Shown here: one piece after another, positions 1-10,293 of the stretch
Layout of the letters: each line of letters starts with the position of its first letter
Numbering within the stretch: position 1 is the first letter of the stretch
Assembly (NCBI GenBank): GCA_964543815.1
Contig: CAZIZG010000001.1
Coordinates: 116,265-180,264 of the forward strand
Source: an uncultured Bdellovibrionales bacterium
GTDB lineage: Bacteria; Patescibacteriota; Minisyncoccia; Moranbacterales; UBA1568
Reading direction: 5' to 3'
Length of the DNA stretch: 64,000 nt
Made by a program: the position numbers and the translations under genes
The notes under the pieces: model-generated
The model's database searches: none
Told to the model about the DNA's origin: nothing
What the model saw: only the letters and a program-made list of their open reading frames with translations

Positions 1-228
1 GGGCTCCTTGCCAAAATTCCTCGAAAAATCTATCCCCTTGATACGTTGATCATTTTTACTGAGACGAAGTATCTCAAGCAGGCTATTATCCCGACTTCCA
101 TCGTTCACAAAGATAATCTCATACGAAAAAGGAAGCGAGGCAAAAACTCGCTCAATCTCTTTGGCGAGGATAGGAATATTTTTTTCCTCGTTATAAACTG
201 GAACGACTATCGAGATGAGATTGGACAT
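1..228 (-). CDS. Glycosyltransferase family 2 (polyprenol-phosphate GT-like), N-terminal part, truncated by window edge
   Basis: Manual translation from ATG at 228: MSNLISIVVPVYNEEKNIPIL...EIIFVNDGSRDNS...IDFSRNFGKE, classic GT2 N-terminal motifs; overlaps flippase 3' end. Confidence 0.9.
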   Translation of the reverse strand, partial: MSNLISIVVPVYNEEKNIPILAKEIERVFASLPFSYEIIFVNDGSRDNSLLEILRLSKNDQRIKGIDFSRNFGKEP

Positions 229-1498
229 ACCGATGAGATTGGATAATGTAAAAAATCCCAAGAAAAAGCGCCCCTAATTGAGTCAAGATTGTTATTCCAA
301 TTATAGCATAGAGTGACACTCCAAAAAAGGCGAGAGCTCCAATTTCAAGGCTTGACAAAGCCAATAAATACCATACTATCTTGGTTTCATGAAGCGAAAG
401 CAGATACTGCATACACAAACTCGCCAATGAATACAACCCTGCCGCCAAAGCAAACCACCCGAGGAGTCGGCTGACAGCAAGATACTTTTCTCCAAAAAGA
501 AGTCCCACGATTGCCTCAGGAAACAGTGAAAAAATAAGGACGGACGAACCAGAAACCAGCGTCGTCAACCAGACGGCAAAGCGAAAGGTCTCAGCTGACT
601 TGCTCCGATTGGTAGTACTCACCTCTGACGACATAGCAAACAGCACTGTTGTCACTACCCCCGTCACAAAAAATATGGTCTTTGCCACCACGGACAACGC
701 TCCATATTCACCAGTAACTTCCCCTGTAAGGTGGTGTTTTGCAAAAATCATGTCAGCATTTCCGAAAATCGCCACCGCAAGTGTTCCGAAAAATGCCGGG
801 GCAAGATATTCCTTAACTGATCGAGCTATGGCATCAGGCGTTTCGGAAAAAGCCGAACTTTCCGCTCCCTCTCTACTCGTGAGACGTCTCAGTAGACACC
901 AAGAAACCAGGTATCCGATGCCAGCAGCGACAAGCAATCCCAAGACAACTCCACTTGACCCGAGGCCCATATATATAAACCCTACTGCTCCAAAAAATTT
1001 TATTACGGTTGAGGTAATATTAACAGTATTTACCTCAGAAAATTTTTGCCAACCAGTAAGCACCCCTATAATAACCGCACTCAAAAAGGAAATGAGCATT
1101 GTTCCCCACAAAAGGATAATTCCCGTACTCGTTTCGATATTCAGAAACTCCTTAACGAGCGGCGTAAAGAGAATCATCACAACAAACAACGGCAGACCGA
1201 ATCGAACAATCTGTTTGTTGAGATAGGTAGCCAAATTCCGCGTTCCCACCACGTCATGCCCACCCTTCATCCGAGCAGCATGCTTCGTAGCAATAAGCGT
1301 AAGCGTCCCCGCTCCCACCGAAATAATAGTGAGGAGAGAAATAAGAGATTCGATTTCGCCATATTCAATTGGCGAAACCATCCGACCAATAACAAGATGA
1401 AAGAGGTAGTTCAGCACATTAACCAGCATAGTGCCAGCAAAAAGAACGGTGCTGTTGCGTAAAAAGGGGTTCTTCGTGATTTGAGAAATAATTTTCAT
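191..1498 (-). CDS. Oligosaccharide flippase (Wzx/MATE-like polysaccharide exporter)
   Basis: ~12 hydrophobic segments, N-terminal FLRNSTVLFAGT...YGE pattern and D..FAKH...G.Y in second half; glycan locus context; start set at MKIISQ. Confidence 0.85.
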   Translation of the reverse strand: MKIISQITKNPFLRNSTVLFAGTMLVNVLNYLFHLVIGRMVSPIEYGEIESLISLLTIISVGAGTLTLIATKHAARMKGGHDVVGTRNLATYLNKQIVRFGLPLFVVMILFTPLVKEFLNIETSTGIILLWGTMLISFLSAVIIGVLTGWQKFSEVNTVNITSTVIKFFGAVGFIYMGLGSSGVVLGLLVAAGIGYLVSWCLLRRLTSREGAESSAFSETPDAIARSVKEYLAPAFFGTLAVAIFGNADMIFAKHHLTGEVTGEYGALSVVAKTIFFVTGVVTTVLFAMSSEVSTTNRSKSAETFRFAVWLTTLVSGSSVLIFSLFPEAIVGLLFGEKYLAVSRLLGWFALAAGLYSLASLCMQYLLSLHETKIVWYLLALSSLEIGALAFFGVSLYAIIGITILTQLGALFLGIFYIIQSHRYVQSHLDSRSSL

Positions 1499-1552
1499 GG
1501 AAAAATATCTTACTGAAACCAATCCCAGTAAGCAACAGGAATTTAGCAGTAT

Positions 1553-1903
1553 CTATTCTTCTTCGGTTTGTCGCAATGCCCAGTGAGAAATTGCATTCAC
1601 CGCCGACAAGAAAAGCGCCCCTAAAACAGCCATGAGAAATCCATGAACTTCAAACCCCTTTATCACACCACCGAGAATCCAGAGCAGAAACCCATTGATG
1701 ATGAAAGTAAACAGACCGAAAGTCAGAAGATTAAACGGGAGGGTTAAAATAAGCAAAATTGGTTTGATGGTAATGTTGACTACCCCCCACAAAAATGCCA
1801 AGAGAAGCGCTGTTCCAAAGCCTTTCACGGAAATACCCGAAAAAAGATGAGACAGAGCCAAAAAAGCGAGGGCACTCGTGAGCCAACGAAGCAGAATCAT
1901 CAT
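1553..1903 (-). CDS. Phage holin family (YvlD/DUF360-like) 4-TM membrane protein
   Basis: VNITIKPILLILTLPFNLLTFGLFTFIING signature of this family. Confidence 0.85.
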   Translation of the reverse strand: MMILLRWLTSALAFLALSHLFSGISVKGFGTALLLAFLWGVVNITIKPILLILTLPFNLLTFGLFTFIINGFLLWILGGVIKGFEVHGFLMAVLGALFLSAVNAISHWALRQTEEE

Positions 1904-1977
1904 AGTGGAAAGAGTTAGCAAGTTACACTTATATTATAGCACCCTCCTTCTCGAATACTAGCCTCCATCGAGGATAC

Positions 1978-2008
1978 AAAAAAAACCACCCATCTGGATG
2001 GTTTTTTT
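1978..2008. terminator. Bidirectional rho-independent terminator-like hairpin
   Basis: A-tract, ACCACC-catct-GGATGGT, T-tract just 3' of the sugar transferase stop. Confidence 0.55.
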
Positions 2009-2021
2009 AAGACTCTTCATA

Positions 2022-3446
2022 TTACTTCGTATTCTTTCGGCGTCTGAGTAGTGCTCCAGCTGTTTTGAAACAAATGATAATATCAAGCCACAATGACCAA
2101 TTCTCAATATAAAATACATCGAGAAGATACTCATCTTCAAAGGCCAAATCCGAACGACCTGATACCTGAGCCATACCCGTCACACCTGGCCGCATCGTAA
2201 GCAATCGGCGATGATATTCAGAATAACGCTCCACCTCACGTTCTTGATGTGGCCGTGGACCCACCAAACTCATCGTTCCTTCGAGAACATTGAAAAATTG
2301 TGGGAGCTCGTCGAGAGAAAAACGCTCGATAAAGGCCCCAACTTTCATTTTTCGAGGATCATCTTTGATTTTATAGAGGATACCCCCCTTGCGAACGTTC
2401 CGTTCGGCAATAAGCTCCTTCTCAAAGGCCATGGCTTCGGCCATGTGAGGGTTATCCTTGGTAACACAGTATTTCCAAAGCATGTAGCGAAATTTATACA
2501 CAAAGAACTTCGTTCCGTTCTCTCCGATACGTTCATTTTTATAAATAATCGGGCCATCCGGATCCTCAAGCTTGATCAGAATCGCCACAATGAGCATAAT
2601 GGGCGAAAAGAGCACCGTCAAAATGAAGCCGGCCACGATATCGTAAGCACGTTTGATAATACGGCCCCAGCCATCAAGCGGCGTATGCTGAAATTCGATA
2701 ATCGGCTCACCATTAAATATCTTCATCGAATAATTCTGGGTCTGAAAGGTGGTTGGAAAATATTTGTAAGTAATATTATTAATCTGGCAATAATCGAACA
2801 ATTTTTCCTGTTCATCATCCGTCAACGTTGAGTCACCAACGATAATTTCATCAACTCCTTTCGCTGCTCGGATTTCCTTGACCTGGACCACGCTCGCAGT
2901 ATCAATCTGATCAACAACGCGATAACCAAGCTCCCGATGTTTGGATAAATATTTAGCCAAGGCATACATTTTTTTATTGGTCCCAATAAGGAGGATGCGG
3001 TGAATACCAACACCGCGGTTAACCAGAAACCACTTCTGAACTCGTTGGATAATATAACGTGCAAGTACCACGTAAACGATGGCAATCGCCCACCCAACAA
3101 GAATAACAAACCGTGAGGAAAACCATTCTCGATTCAAAAAGACAGCAATAACCAATATAATCAATCCAAACGTAATAGCCTTAACCACACTGTACACTTC
3201 CTGAGAAAAGCGACGCGTCGCACGCATGGTATACAATCCCTCAAACGCAATAGTGAGCAGAAAAAATGGCGCCACTGTTGCCGCAAATATCAGATAGTCT
3301 TCAAAACTGAGATTAAAAACACGAGAAACATATCCCTCGAATATCGGGAGGCCGCGCAAAAAATACGCCGAAGCAGCCGCGAAGACAATCATGAGAAAGT
3401 CTACGGGCACTTGAACGGCACTAAAGTAGATTTCTGAACGTTTCAT
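2022..3446 (-). CDS. Polyprenyl-phosphate glycosylphosphotransferase (WcaJ/WbaP-like priming sugar transferase)
   Basis: N-terminal TMs, CoA-binding-like middle, C-terminal [51 protein letters not shown]. Confidence 0.95.
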   Translation of the reverse strand: MKRSEIYFSAVQVPVDFLMIVFAAASAYFLRGLPIFEGYVSRVFNLSFEDYLIFAATVAPFFLLTIAFEGLYTMRATRRFSQEVYSVVKAITFGLIILVIAVFLNREWFSSRFVILVGWAIAIVYVVLARYIIQRVQKWFLVNRGVGIHRILLIGTNKKMYALAKYLSKHRELGYRVVDQIDTASVVQVKEIRAAKGVDEIIVGDSTLTDDEQEKLFDYCQINNITYKYFPTTFQTQNYSMKIFNGEPIIEFQHTPLDGWGRIIKRAYDIVAGFILTVLFSPIMLIVAILIKLEDPDGPIIYKNERIGENGTKFFVYKFRYMLWKYCVTKDNPHMAEAMAFEKELIAERNVRKGGILYKIKDDPRKMKVGAFIERFSLDELPQFFNVLEGTMSLVGPRPHQEREVERYSEYHRRLLTMRPGVTGMAQVSGRSDLAFEDEYLLDVFYIENWSLWLDIIICFKTAGALLRRRKNTK

Positions 3447-3480
3447 ATAGTCACACTTCTCTCAAAAGTTCTTAATCATA

Positions 3481-3857
3481 CTTTTCCAAAACAGATCTAT
3501 AAGCCGGATTCTGTTCCGCCGAGGAGGCGGAGATTACCATTTATCTTGTCTATCCGTTACCGGATAACTCTTTGCAGTTCTCCACATCTTTCTTGAGCTC
3601 CAAGAAAAACTTGGCACGACCTTGCACCGAGGTAAGGATTTAGCCGTTTCACTCTCCGCATTACTGTGGAGACTCAACCCTTGCGGGTTGCCGAGCGTCT
3701 TTCGTACTCGGCGTCTCTGCTCGCACCTCGCGCCTCACGGCGTATGGGGGTTACCCATTACCCTTGCCACTCTTGCGAGTAGCTCGGTGTCCGGACTTTC
3801 CTCACTCCAGCCCTTTGCAGAGCCAGCCGCGCGATAATCCAATCTGTTCTGGAAAAG
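3481..3857 (-). ncRNA. rnpB: RNase P RNA
   Basis: Minus strand contains GAGGAAAGTCCGGACAC near the 5' end and AGAATCCGGCTTATA near the 3' end; terminal P1 helix from CTTTTCCAAAACAGAT (3481-3496) and ATCTGTTCTGGAAAAG (3842-3857). Confidence 0.95.
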
Positions 3858-3872
3858 AACTTTTAACATTCT

Positions 3873-3901
3873 ATTTTAGCACAAAATTGACACTTTGTCA
3901 A
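3873..3901 (-). promoter_or_regulatory. Sigma70 promoter of rnpB
   Basis: TTGACA-17 nt-TAAAAT on minus strand immediately upstream of RNase P RNA. Confidence 0.75.
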
Positions 3902-4071
3902 TGACGCACTCTCAGCTCTCATCCTCCCTTATTCTACTCGAAAACCCCACTTTCTGACAGTCTCACTCTTTACAAAAACTACAATCTGTGGGAAGATATA
4001 TTGTCATCTCAGGAATTCATCCGAAATGTTTTCGATGAACACTCCTGTAGACGGCTAGAAGAAGGAGCGAA

Positions 4072-4377
4072 ATGACAGGAGTCATTGAAATGCTGCGTAT
4101 TCGCGTCGAAACCACACCAGAGTTCATCTGCCTTGCGCGGCATGAACATCACGCCGAATTCCTTGGAGCCTTTGTTGGGTTCGAACTCGACGCGGTTCCA
4201 GATCCCGAAAATGAGACGCTCTATCGCGTCTCGGTTGGAGAGGTAGAAAAAGCCCTCCGCCAAAAAACAGGCGGCACCATGGCTGTGGTCTACTGGACGG
4301 GCCACTGGCATCGTACCCAGCACCTGCTGGACGATCCCGTCTACTTCCCCAAGAGTTGCTGCGTCATCGTCACGTAG
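4072..4377 (+). CDS. Hypothetical protein (GC-rich orphan cassette)
   Basis: 101 aa ORF with GAAGGAG SD, structured leader and its own terminator (4385-4417). Confidence 0.65.
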   Translation: MTGVIEMLRIRVETTPEFICLARHEHHAEFLGAFVGFELDAVPDPENETLYRVSVGEVEKALRQKTGGTMAVVYWTGHWHRTQHLLDDPVYFPKSCCVIVT

Positions 4378-4384
4378 CGCCTAC

Positions 4385-4417
4385 AGGCGACCGGAACCCG
4401 GCCGCCTTCTTTTTTTT
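4385..4417 (+). terminator. Rho-independent terminator
   Basis: AGGCGACCGG-aac-CCGGCCGCCT followed by T-tract. Confidence 0.7.
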
Positions 4418-4421
4418 CTAC

Positions 4422-5378
4422 CTACACTTTGAAGTAGTCTCGATACCAGTCAACAAAATTCTTAATACCTTTGTCGATACGTGTCGTCGGCTTCCAGCCC
4501 AGTTTACGCAGACGCTTGATATCAGCTACGGTTGACGGGACATCACCCGGCTGTATAGGAAGGAGTTCCTTCTTAGCCACTTTGCCAACATTCTTCTCAA
4601 TCACCTCAATAAAGCGGGTAAGCTTCTCCTCCCTGTCTCCGCCGATGTTCATCACCGCATACGAGAGGTCAGCATCGAGGCATGTCAGGATACCAGAAAC
4701 AATATCATCAATATACGTGAAATTTCGAGTCATATTGCCGTGATTGTAAACCTTGATGGTTTCATCTGCAAAAATAGCTCGAGTAAAATCAAACAAGGCC
4801 ATATCCGGCCGACCCCATGGACCATATACGGTAAAAAATCGTAGCCCCGTCGTCGGTAGACCATGAATATGACTGTAAACATGAGCGAGGAGCTCAGTGG
4901 CTTTTTTGGTAGCCGCATACGGCGAAATAGGGGTATCCACTGGGTCCGTCTCTGAGAAAGGTAGCTTTTTATTGTTGCCGTATACCGAGGAGGAAGACGC
5001 GTACAAAAAATTCTTCATCCCATACTTCACTGATAAATCAAGCAGATGGGTCGTTCCCATGATATTGACATCAGCATAAAGTGCTGGATTTTTGAGCGAG
5101 TTCCGAACTCCAGCCATAGCAGCAAGATGAATTACTTTTTCTGGCCGCTCTTTCTTAAATACTCGTTCTAAAAACTTCTCATCACGTATATCACCACGAT
5201 ACAGTTTAAATTTTCCTTTATAGGCCTTGAGAAATTTCTTGATACGATCTTCCTTGATTCGAGGATCGTAGTAGTCGTTAAAATTATCAATGAGCACTGG
5301 TGTGTCGCCCCGCTCCATCAGCGCCTTAGCCGTTGCCGACCCAATAAACCCCGCCCCGCCGGTAATCAATACTTTCAT
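4422..5378 (-). CDS. NAD-dependent nucleotide-sugar epimerase (UDP-glucuronate 4-epimerase, CapI/WcaG-like)
   Basis: TGGAGFIG, HLAAMAGVR, ASSSSVYG, YAATKK, LRFFTVYGPWGRPDMA; ATGA overlap with upstream GT. Confidence 0.95.
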   Translation of the reverse strand: MKVLITGGAGFIGSATAKALMERGDTPVLIDNFNDYYDPRIKEDRIKKFLKAYKGKFKLYRGDIRDEKFLERVFKKERPEKVIHLAAMAGVRNSLKNPALYADVNIMGTTHLLDLSVKYGMKNFLYASSSSVYGNNKKLPFSETDPVDTPISPYAATKKATELLAHVYSHIHGLPTTGLRFFTVYGPWGRPDMALFDFTRAIFADETIKVYNHGNMTRNFTYIDDIVSGILTCLDADLSYAVMNIGGDREEKLTRFIEVIEKNVGKVAKKELLPIQPGDVPSTVADIKRLRKLGWKPTTRIDKGIKNFVDWYRDYFKV

Positions 5379-6541
5379 ATACACTGCTTTAAGAAATTAT
5401 TATAGGCCTCATCGCAATACTTGGTAGTATAGCGCGCCAGAACCGTCTGTCGAGCCCGTTCCCCCATTCGCTGTCGATCCTCAGGAGAAACAATCAGGTG
5501 CTCCAATTTTTCCTGCCATTCCGAAGGCGTGGCTGCCACAAAGCCATCCACCCCATCGACGATCGCCTCACGAAAAGTCTGAGTCGCCGCAGCTACCGTC
5601 GGTACCGCTATCAATCCCGCTTCAAACCATTTGAGCTCTGATTTTGATTCACAAAAGGGATTTCCGATTTCAAGTGGCGCCAAATTAATATCCATCTGCC
5701 TGATATGTTCGAAAAGTTCCTCGCGGGTAAGAAATGGCACTCGTTCTATTTGTGATATATAAGGTGTCAGTAACTCATCGATGTCGAGCGGGCCAACTAA
5801 TACCAAGCGGAGATGAGAATACTTACCAAGAAGCGTTGCGAGTACCGGCGCAATGGTAGCAAAGTCTTTGTTGTGACTCGGGGTACCCGAAAGGTACGTC
5901 ATCCGAATCAATCCATCCGAATGAACTAGTTTGCCGATCACTCTCTCAGCAAGAGCGACATCCGCCTGAGACAGTTTGTTCCGTACCACAAAAACATGCT
6001 TTCCTCGTTCGCGGAGCTTGTCAGCTAAAAAAGTGGTGGTTGTGGTCGCCACCTTCACTGCCTCATCCGCAACAATCTCACCTCCCAGGCCATGCTCATA
6101 GAGCTTTTTTTCCCACGCATTCATCTTGGTATAGTAGTCCATGTGCTTAAGAAAGACTGGGTCGTATACGAGATCGTCCGTTTCAAAAATAATGGTCTTT
6201 CCCTGTGCTTTGAGGCCAGTAACAAACTGCGCAATCCGATCCGTATAGAGTACCCGATGAAAGACGAAAACGGAAAACTTTTCCGTATACGACAAGAGAA
6301 AAGGATTATCCTGAACCGTAATCGCTGTCCGGATATTTTGAAACCGCAACTCCTCGGCGACATTGGCGGTACGATACCGAGCACTGTCCCCTACGCCGTT
6401 TGAAATAAACAGTACGTCTCCTGGTTTCACCGAACGAAAAAGCCCCACGAAGGCCTTCGCGATACGCTCTCCGCCTCGCCAGAGACCATCCCGTTTGAGT
6501 ACCTGCCACGCCTTGCCAAATTTTATAAGGAGTAACTTCAT
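5375..6541 (-). CDS. Glycosyltransferase (GT-B fold, GT4-like)
   Basis: FETDDL, YLSGTPSHNKDF, DINLAPLE..NPFCESKSELKWFEAG motifs; ATGA coupling at 6538-6541. Confidence 0.85.
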   Translation of the reverse strand: MKLLLIKFGKAWQVLKRDGLWRGGERIAKAFVGLFRSVKPGDVLFISNGVGDSARYRTANVAEELRFQNIRTAITVQDNPFLLSYTEKFSVFVFHRVLYTDRIAQFVTGLKAQGKTIIFETDDLVYDPVFLKHMDYYTKMNAWEKKLYEHGLGGEIVADEAVKVATTTTTFLADKLRERGKHVFVVRNKLSQADVALAERVIGKLVHSDGLIRMTYLSGTPSHNKDFATIAPVLATLLGKYSHLRLVLVGPLDIDELLTPYISQIERVPFLTREELFEHIRQMDINLAPLEIGNPFCESKSELKWFEAGLIAVPTVAAATQTFREAIVDGVDGFVAATPSEWQEKLEHLIVSPEDRQRMGERARQTVLARYTTKYCDEAYNNFLKQCI

Positions 6542-7728
6542 ACTGATTGAAGTAGTGTTCGATAAATACCCTCTACGTGTTCGGCGCTTTTTTCCCAACT
6601 AAACTCCCGTGCCCGTTCTCGATTTACCGCTCCTTTTCGCTTCCGCAGTGATTCATCGGCTATGAGGAGAGCGATGGCTTGGGCCAAAGCGTCACTCGTA
6701 CAGGCAGTAGCATACGTTCCGCCCTCACCGAGATACTCACGATTATTACCCGTATCAAAACATGCTACTGGCAATCCCGCTCCCATATACTGAAGCGTCT
6801 TGCCACTTGCCTCACGTGTTGCCTCATCCTTGGGGTCAACACCAATATCGCTCATCCAGAGAATACCCGGCAAATCAAAGTACGGGGACGGACTAATAAG
6901 AGTCACTTTTTCAGCCAAAGCACTCGGGATATCTGAAGCAATCAGATCCAGCGGGAAACCAGCCAAAACAAAGTGAACGGATGGAAACTGATTTGCTAAA
7001 ATAGGCATGGCTTCCAGGAAAAAATGGATTCCCTTATTGCGAATAAACGCTCCAGTGTAAGTCACCACGACGGCACTTTCCGATATGCCATACTTTGTTC
7101 GAATATCCCGCTTTTGAGGTAAGCTATCAAACATAGAAAGGCGCGTCCCATCAAGGAGTACCGGTACCGTTTCTTTGCGATAGAGCGCAATTTCCTTGGC
7201 GTTATTCCAAGAACTTGTTACGGCTGTATCACCCATTTGATCAATCACTTGCTCAATAAAACGAAAGAGTCGTTTGAGACCCGAGGCCCGCAGATAACTG
7301 TGCGAAACCATCTCTTTGGTCAGGCTGCCATGAAAGTCCGCTACCACTTTGATCCCTCGCCAAAAAAGCAACTTCTGAACAATCCACGCAATAAGAACGC
7401 CCTCGTGCAGGTGAGCATGAATGATATCGGGTCGTTTCGTCCGGGCCAGGAAAAAAACTTTTTTAATCAATAAGAGATCAAGAATAATCTTCTGCCAATC
7501 TGGTCCCGCTTCCAATTTGTGATACCAAAAAAGCAGTCGTCTGATACGTCTCACATCGATATGACTCCCCAGCATCACGGGAAGATCCTGCCCGATATGA
7601 TACGTGGCAATCGTAACCTGATGTCCACGCTGCTCAAGCGCCAAGGCCTCTTCCAAAATACGAATATGCGTTCCCCGATCTGAGAAAAATGGTGTTGGCG
7701 CGACCACAAGAATATTGAGAGGAGACAT
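6538..7728 (-). CDS. Glycosyltransferase family 4
   Basis: APTPFFSDRGTHIRI, DIIHAH, YTGAF..NKG, SGKTLQYMGAGLPV, FSWE; start set at MSPLNIL. Confidence 0.9.
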   Translation of the reverse strand: MSPLNILVVAPTPFFSDRGTHIRILEEALALEQRGHQVTIATYHIGQDLPVMLGSHIDVRRIRRLLFWYHKLEAGPDWQKIILDLLLIKKVFFLARTKRPDIIHAHLHEGVLIAWIVQKLLFWRGIKVVADFHGSLTKEMVSHSYLRASGLKRLFRFIEQVIDQMGDTAVTSSWNNAKEIALYRKETVPVLLDGTRLSMFDSLPQKRDIRTKYGISESAVVVTYTGAFIRNKGIHFFLEAMPILANQFPSVHFVLAGFPLDLIASDIPSALAEKVTLISPSPYFDLPGILWMSDIGVDPKDEATREASGKTLQYMGAGLPVACFDTGNNREYLGEGGTYATACTSDALAQAIALLIADESLRKRKGAVNRERAREFSWEKSAEHVEGIYRTLLQSV

Positions 7729-7732
7729 ATCG

Positions 7733-10186
7733 TTAGAGATCATCAGCCGAAACAGAGAGTGTTCCACCAGGCGCCACCGTGCCGGCAATAATTTGATTGA
7801 CCACCGCATCCTCAATCGTATCTTCGATGTAGCGATTGATAGAACGAGCTCCAAACTCCGGTTCATACCCGGTTGCCACAATCTTTTCTGCTACTCCAGG
7901 AGCGAACTCAATAGCAATATTCTTTTCTGCTTTGAGTCTGTTGGCAAAATCTCTCAGTTTCAATTCCGTCACCCGAAGGAGCTCGGTATCACTCAGTGGT
8001 TCAAAGAAAATCACTCCATCAAAACGGTTAAGAAACTCTGGTCGATAAATATTGTTCTCTACAATGGAATCCATGACTTGCTTTCGTATTTCGCTAATAT
8101 CTAGACCCGCTGCCATACCCTCACGAATGATGGTGGCCCCAGCATTGGAGGTGGCGATAATAATCGTATTCCGAAAACTCACTTTACTGCCATGAGCATC
8201 CGTAATGAAGCCCTCATCGAGTACCTGAAGAAACAAATCCAGCGCCTGAGGATAAGCCTTCTCAAGCTCATCGAGAAGAAGAATGGAGAACGGATGCTCT
8301 TTTATGAGGTCTGTCAGCTGACCAGGCATGTTCATCGCCTCTGACCCAATGAGGCGCGCCACCGCTTCTGGAGTTTGAAACTCACTCATATCAAGCCGAA
8401 TCATGTGTTCCTCACTGCCAAAATAACTCTCAGCAAAGGCCTTAACCGTTTCTGTTTTTCCTACCCCTGTTGGCCCCAAAAAGATGAAGCTCCCTAGTGG
8501 CCGTTTAGCATCACCAAAACCTGCTCGAGCTTTGCGCATCGCCTCTGCCACTTGCCGAACTGCTTCATCTTGTCCGATGACTCGCTCATGGAGGTATTCC
8601 TCCAGCCTCAGGAGCTTATCCTTTTCATCAGAACCAATAGCACCAGTAGGCATACCAGTTTTCAGCGAAACAAACGCTTCCACCGTCTTGGGTCCGATGA
8701 TGCTTTCTTCGCCATTTCCTTGCCAATAGATAAGCACCTCCTGGGCTAAGTCAAGCGCACGCTCCGGAAAGGCTACCTCCCACTTGTAACGACTGGACTG
8801 AACAATAACCGAAAGAAGTCCTGGCAAACTAAAAATGACATCTTTCCCTTCCACCGAACGAGCATAGGCGAGCAGGATCTGAAGCGTTTCCTCTTCATTA
8901 GTTTCCCGTAGATAAATAGTTTCAAAAAACTTGAACAATTGTCCGTTTGTACTAGACAGAGCATGATAACGACCAGTCGTCGTCGTAGCAATCAGTCGAA
9001 AATTTGGCAAAGAAAGAAATTCACCCAATACTGGTGCCAAATTTTGATGAGACTGCCCCTCACCGAGATACGTATCAATATTTTCAATTACAAGCACCAC
9101 ATTGCCGGCATAATAGCCCTCCGCCAATAAGTCACGAATTGCCCCATCAACATCTATGCCCTGATTGGCCGCATCGGATGCGGCTCGTCCGATATCAAAA
9201 AGGAGAACCCGCGTATCACCCAAAGCCGTCCCCATAAAAAAATTCTCTCGTATCAAACGAGCGACATGGTGAATGAGGGTCATTTTTCCAATACCGGGAT
9301 CACTCACCAACAAAACACTGTTCTGCGATGGGCGCTCCAAAGTCAGTATCATCAACTTCAGTTCCTCCCCTCTTCCGATAAACTTCAATTTGGCATACTG
9401 GGTCGGATCAAACTCAGAGAGGTCAAGCGCATAGCGATCAAGGTGCGAAGTATAGGCATAACGCCAGCCTTTCCCGATCGGTGTCTGCTTAACTAAACGC
9501 TCCCACGAAAATAATTGGTCTTGACGATCACGTTCAGCCGCCGCCTCATATTCCACGCGCACCGCTTGCTGATAGGTTTCTTCCCGAACCCCCAACGTCG
9601 AAAGGTGCGCGACAAATGACTCTGTATCCTTAAGAATGACTGAATCAAGCTCCTTCTTTTCCAACCCTAACCGGCCAAGCAATTTACCAAACCACCGGCG
9701 TTTGGCGAGGCTGGTTATATCATACGTTAGTGGTTCTTCACGATCACGATGCGTATAACCGATGAAAGCACTTCCCGCCCCCGTAAAGCCCGCAAGCAGC
9801 AACGCGCCACTAAAAATGGGATTAATGAACAAAAAGACTGCGCCACCCACCATGAAGAGTGGCGAGAGGAGATAGATGAAAAATCCCACTATACCAAAAA
9901 GAATCGTGAGCACGAGCATAGCGCAGCCCAGAGCAATCACCATAAGACGAACAATCATGCCCAAAAAACGTGAGATGAAATTTTCAAAAATGGTCTGGAG
10001 GGCCAATATGGGATGGAGGCCTGTCCAATTCCTGGATGACACATCTCGCTTCCATGGAGAAAAAAGAGAGAGGATATGCCCACTCGTATGAAATCGATGC
10101 AACACCGATCGAATCAGATTGCCAAAAAGGATGATGCAGGATTGAAGACCCCGAGTATAGTACCAAAGAAAATAATTTTGATTCAT
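7733..10186 (-). CDS. ClpA/ClpB-family AAA+ ATPase with N-terminal transmembrane segments
   Basis: D1 VSDPGIGKMT and FPERALDL; D2 VIGQDEAV, GPTGVGKT, RLDMSEFQ, LLDELEKA, RPEFLNRFD, FGARSI; hydrophobic N-terminus. Confidence 0.9.
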   Translation of the reverse strand: MNQNYFLWYYTRGLQSCIILFGNLIRSVLHRFHTSGHILSLFSPWKRDVSSRNWTGLHPILALQTIFENFISRFLGMIVRLMVIALGCAMLVLTILFGIVGFFIYLLSPLFMVGGAVFLFINPIFSGALLLAGFTGAGSAFIGYTHRDREEPLTYDITSLAKRRWFGKLLGRLGLEKKELDSVILKDTESFVAHLSTLGVREETYQQAVRVEYEAAAERDRQDQLFSWERLVKQTPIGKGWRYAYTSHLDRYALDLSEFDPTQYAKLKFIGRGEELKLMILTLERPSQNSVLLVSDPGIGKMTLIHHVARLIRENFFMGTALGDTRVLLFDIGRAASDAANQGIDVDGAIRDLLAEGYYAGNVVLVIENIDTYLGEGQSHQNLAPVLGEFLSLPNFRLIATTTTGRYHALSSTNGQLFKFFETIYLRETNEEETLQILLAYARSVEGKDVIFSLPGLLSVIVQSSRYKWEVAFPERALDLAQEVLIYWQGNGEESIIGPKTVEAFVSLKTGMPTGAIGSDEKDKLLRLEEYLHERVIGQDEAVRQVAEAMRKARAGFGDAKRPLGSFIFLGPTGVGKTETVKAFAESYFGSEEHMIRLDMSEFQTPEAVARLIGSEAMNMPGQLTDLIKEHPFSILLLDELEKAYPQALDLFLQVLDEGFITDAHGSKVSFRNTIIIATSNAGATIIREGMAAGLDISEIRKQVMDSIVENNIYRPEFLNRFDGVIFFEPLSDTELLRVTELKLRDFANRLKAEKNIAIEFAPGVAEKIVATGYEPEFGARSINRYIEDTIEDAVVNQIIAGTVAPGGTLSVSADDL

Positions 10187-10293
10187 GTCAAAAGGAAATT
10201 GAATCTTTCTTCCCTATTGTAGCTTTCTCTTTAGCCCTTGGCAAACATTTTTGAATTGAAATATACCTCCAACTTCGCTATACTAGAAATACC

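Noticed and set aside
1553-1903. Holin as sign of a prophage
   Set aside because: YvlD-type family is a common chromosomal membrane protein; no phage genes nearby
3622-3837. 71-aa plus-strand ORF
   Set aside because: Antisense to RNase P RNA
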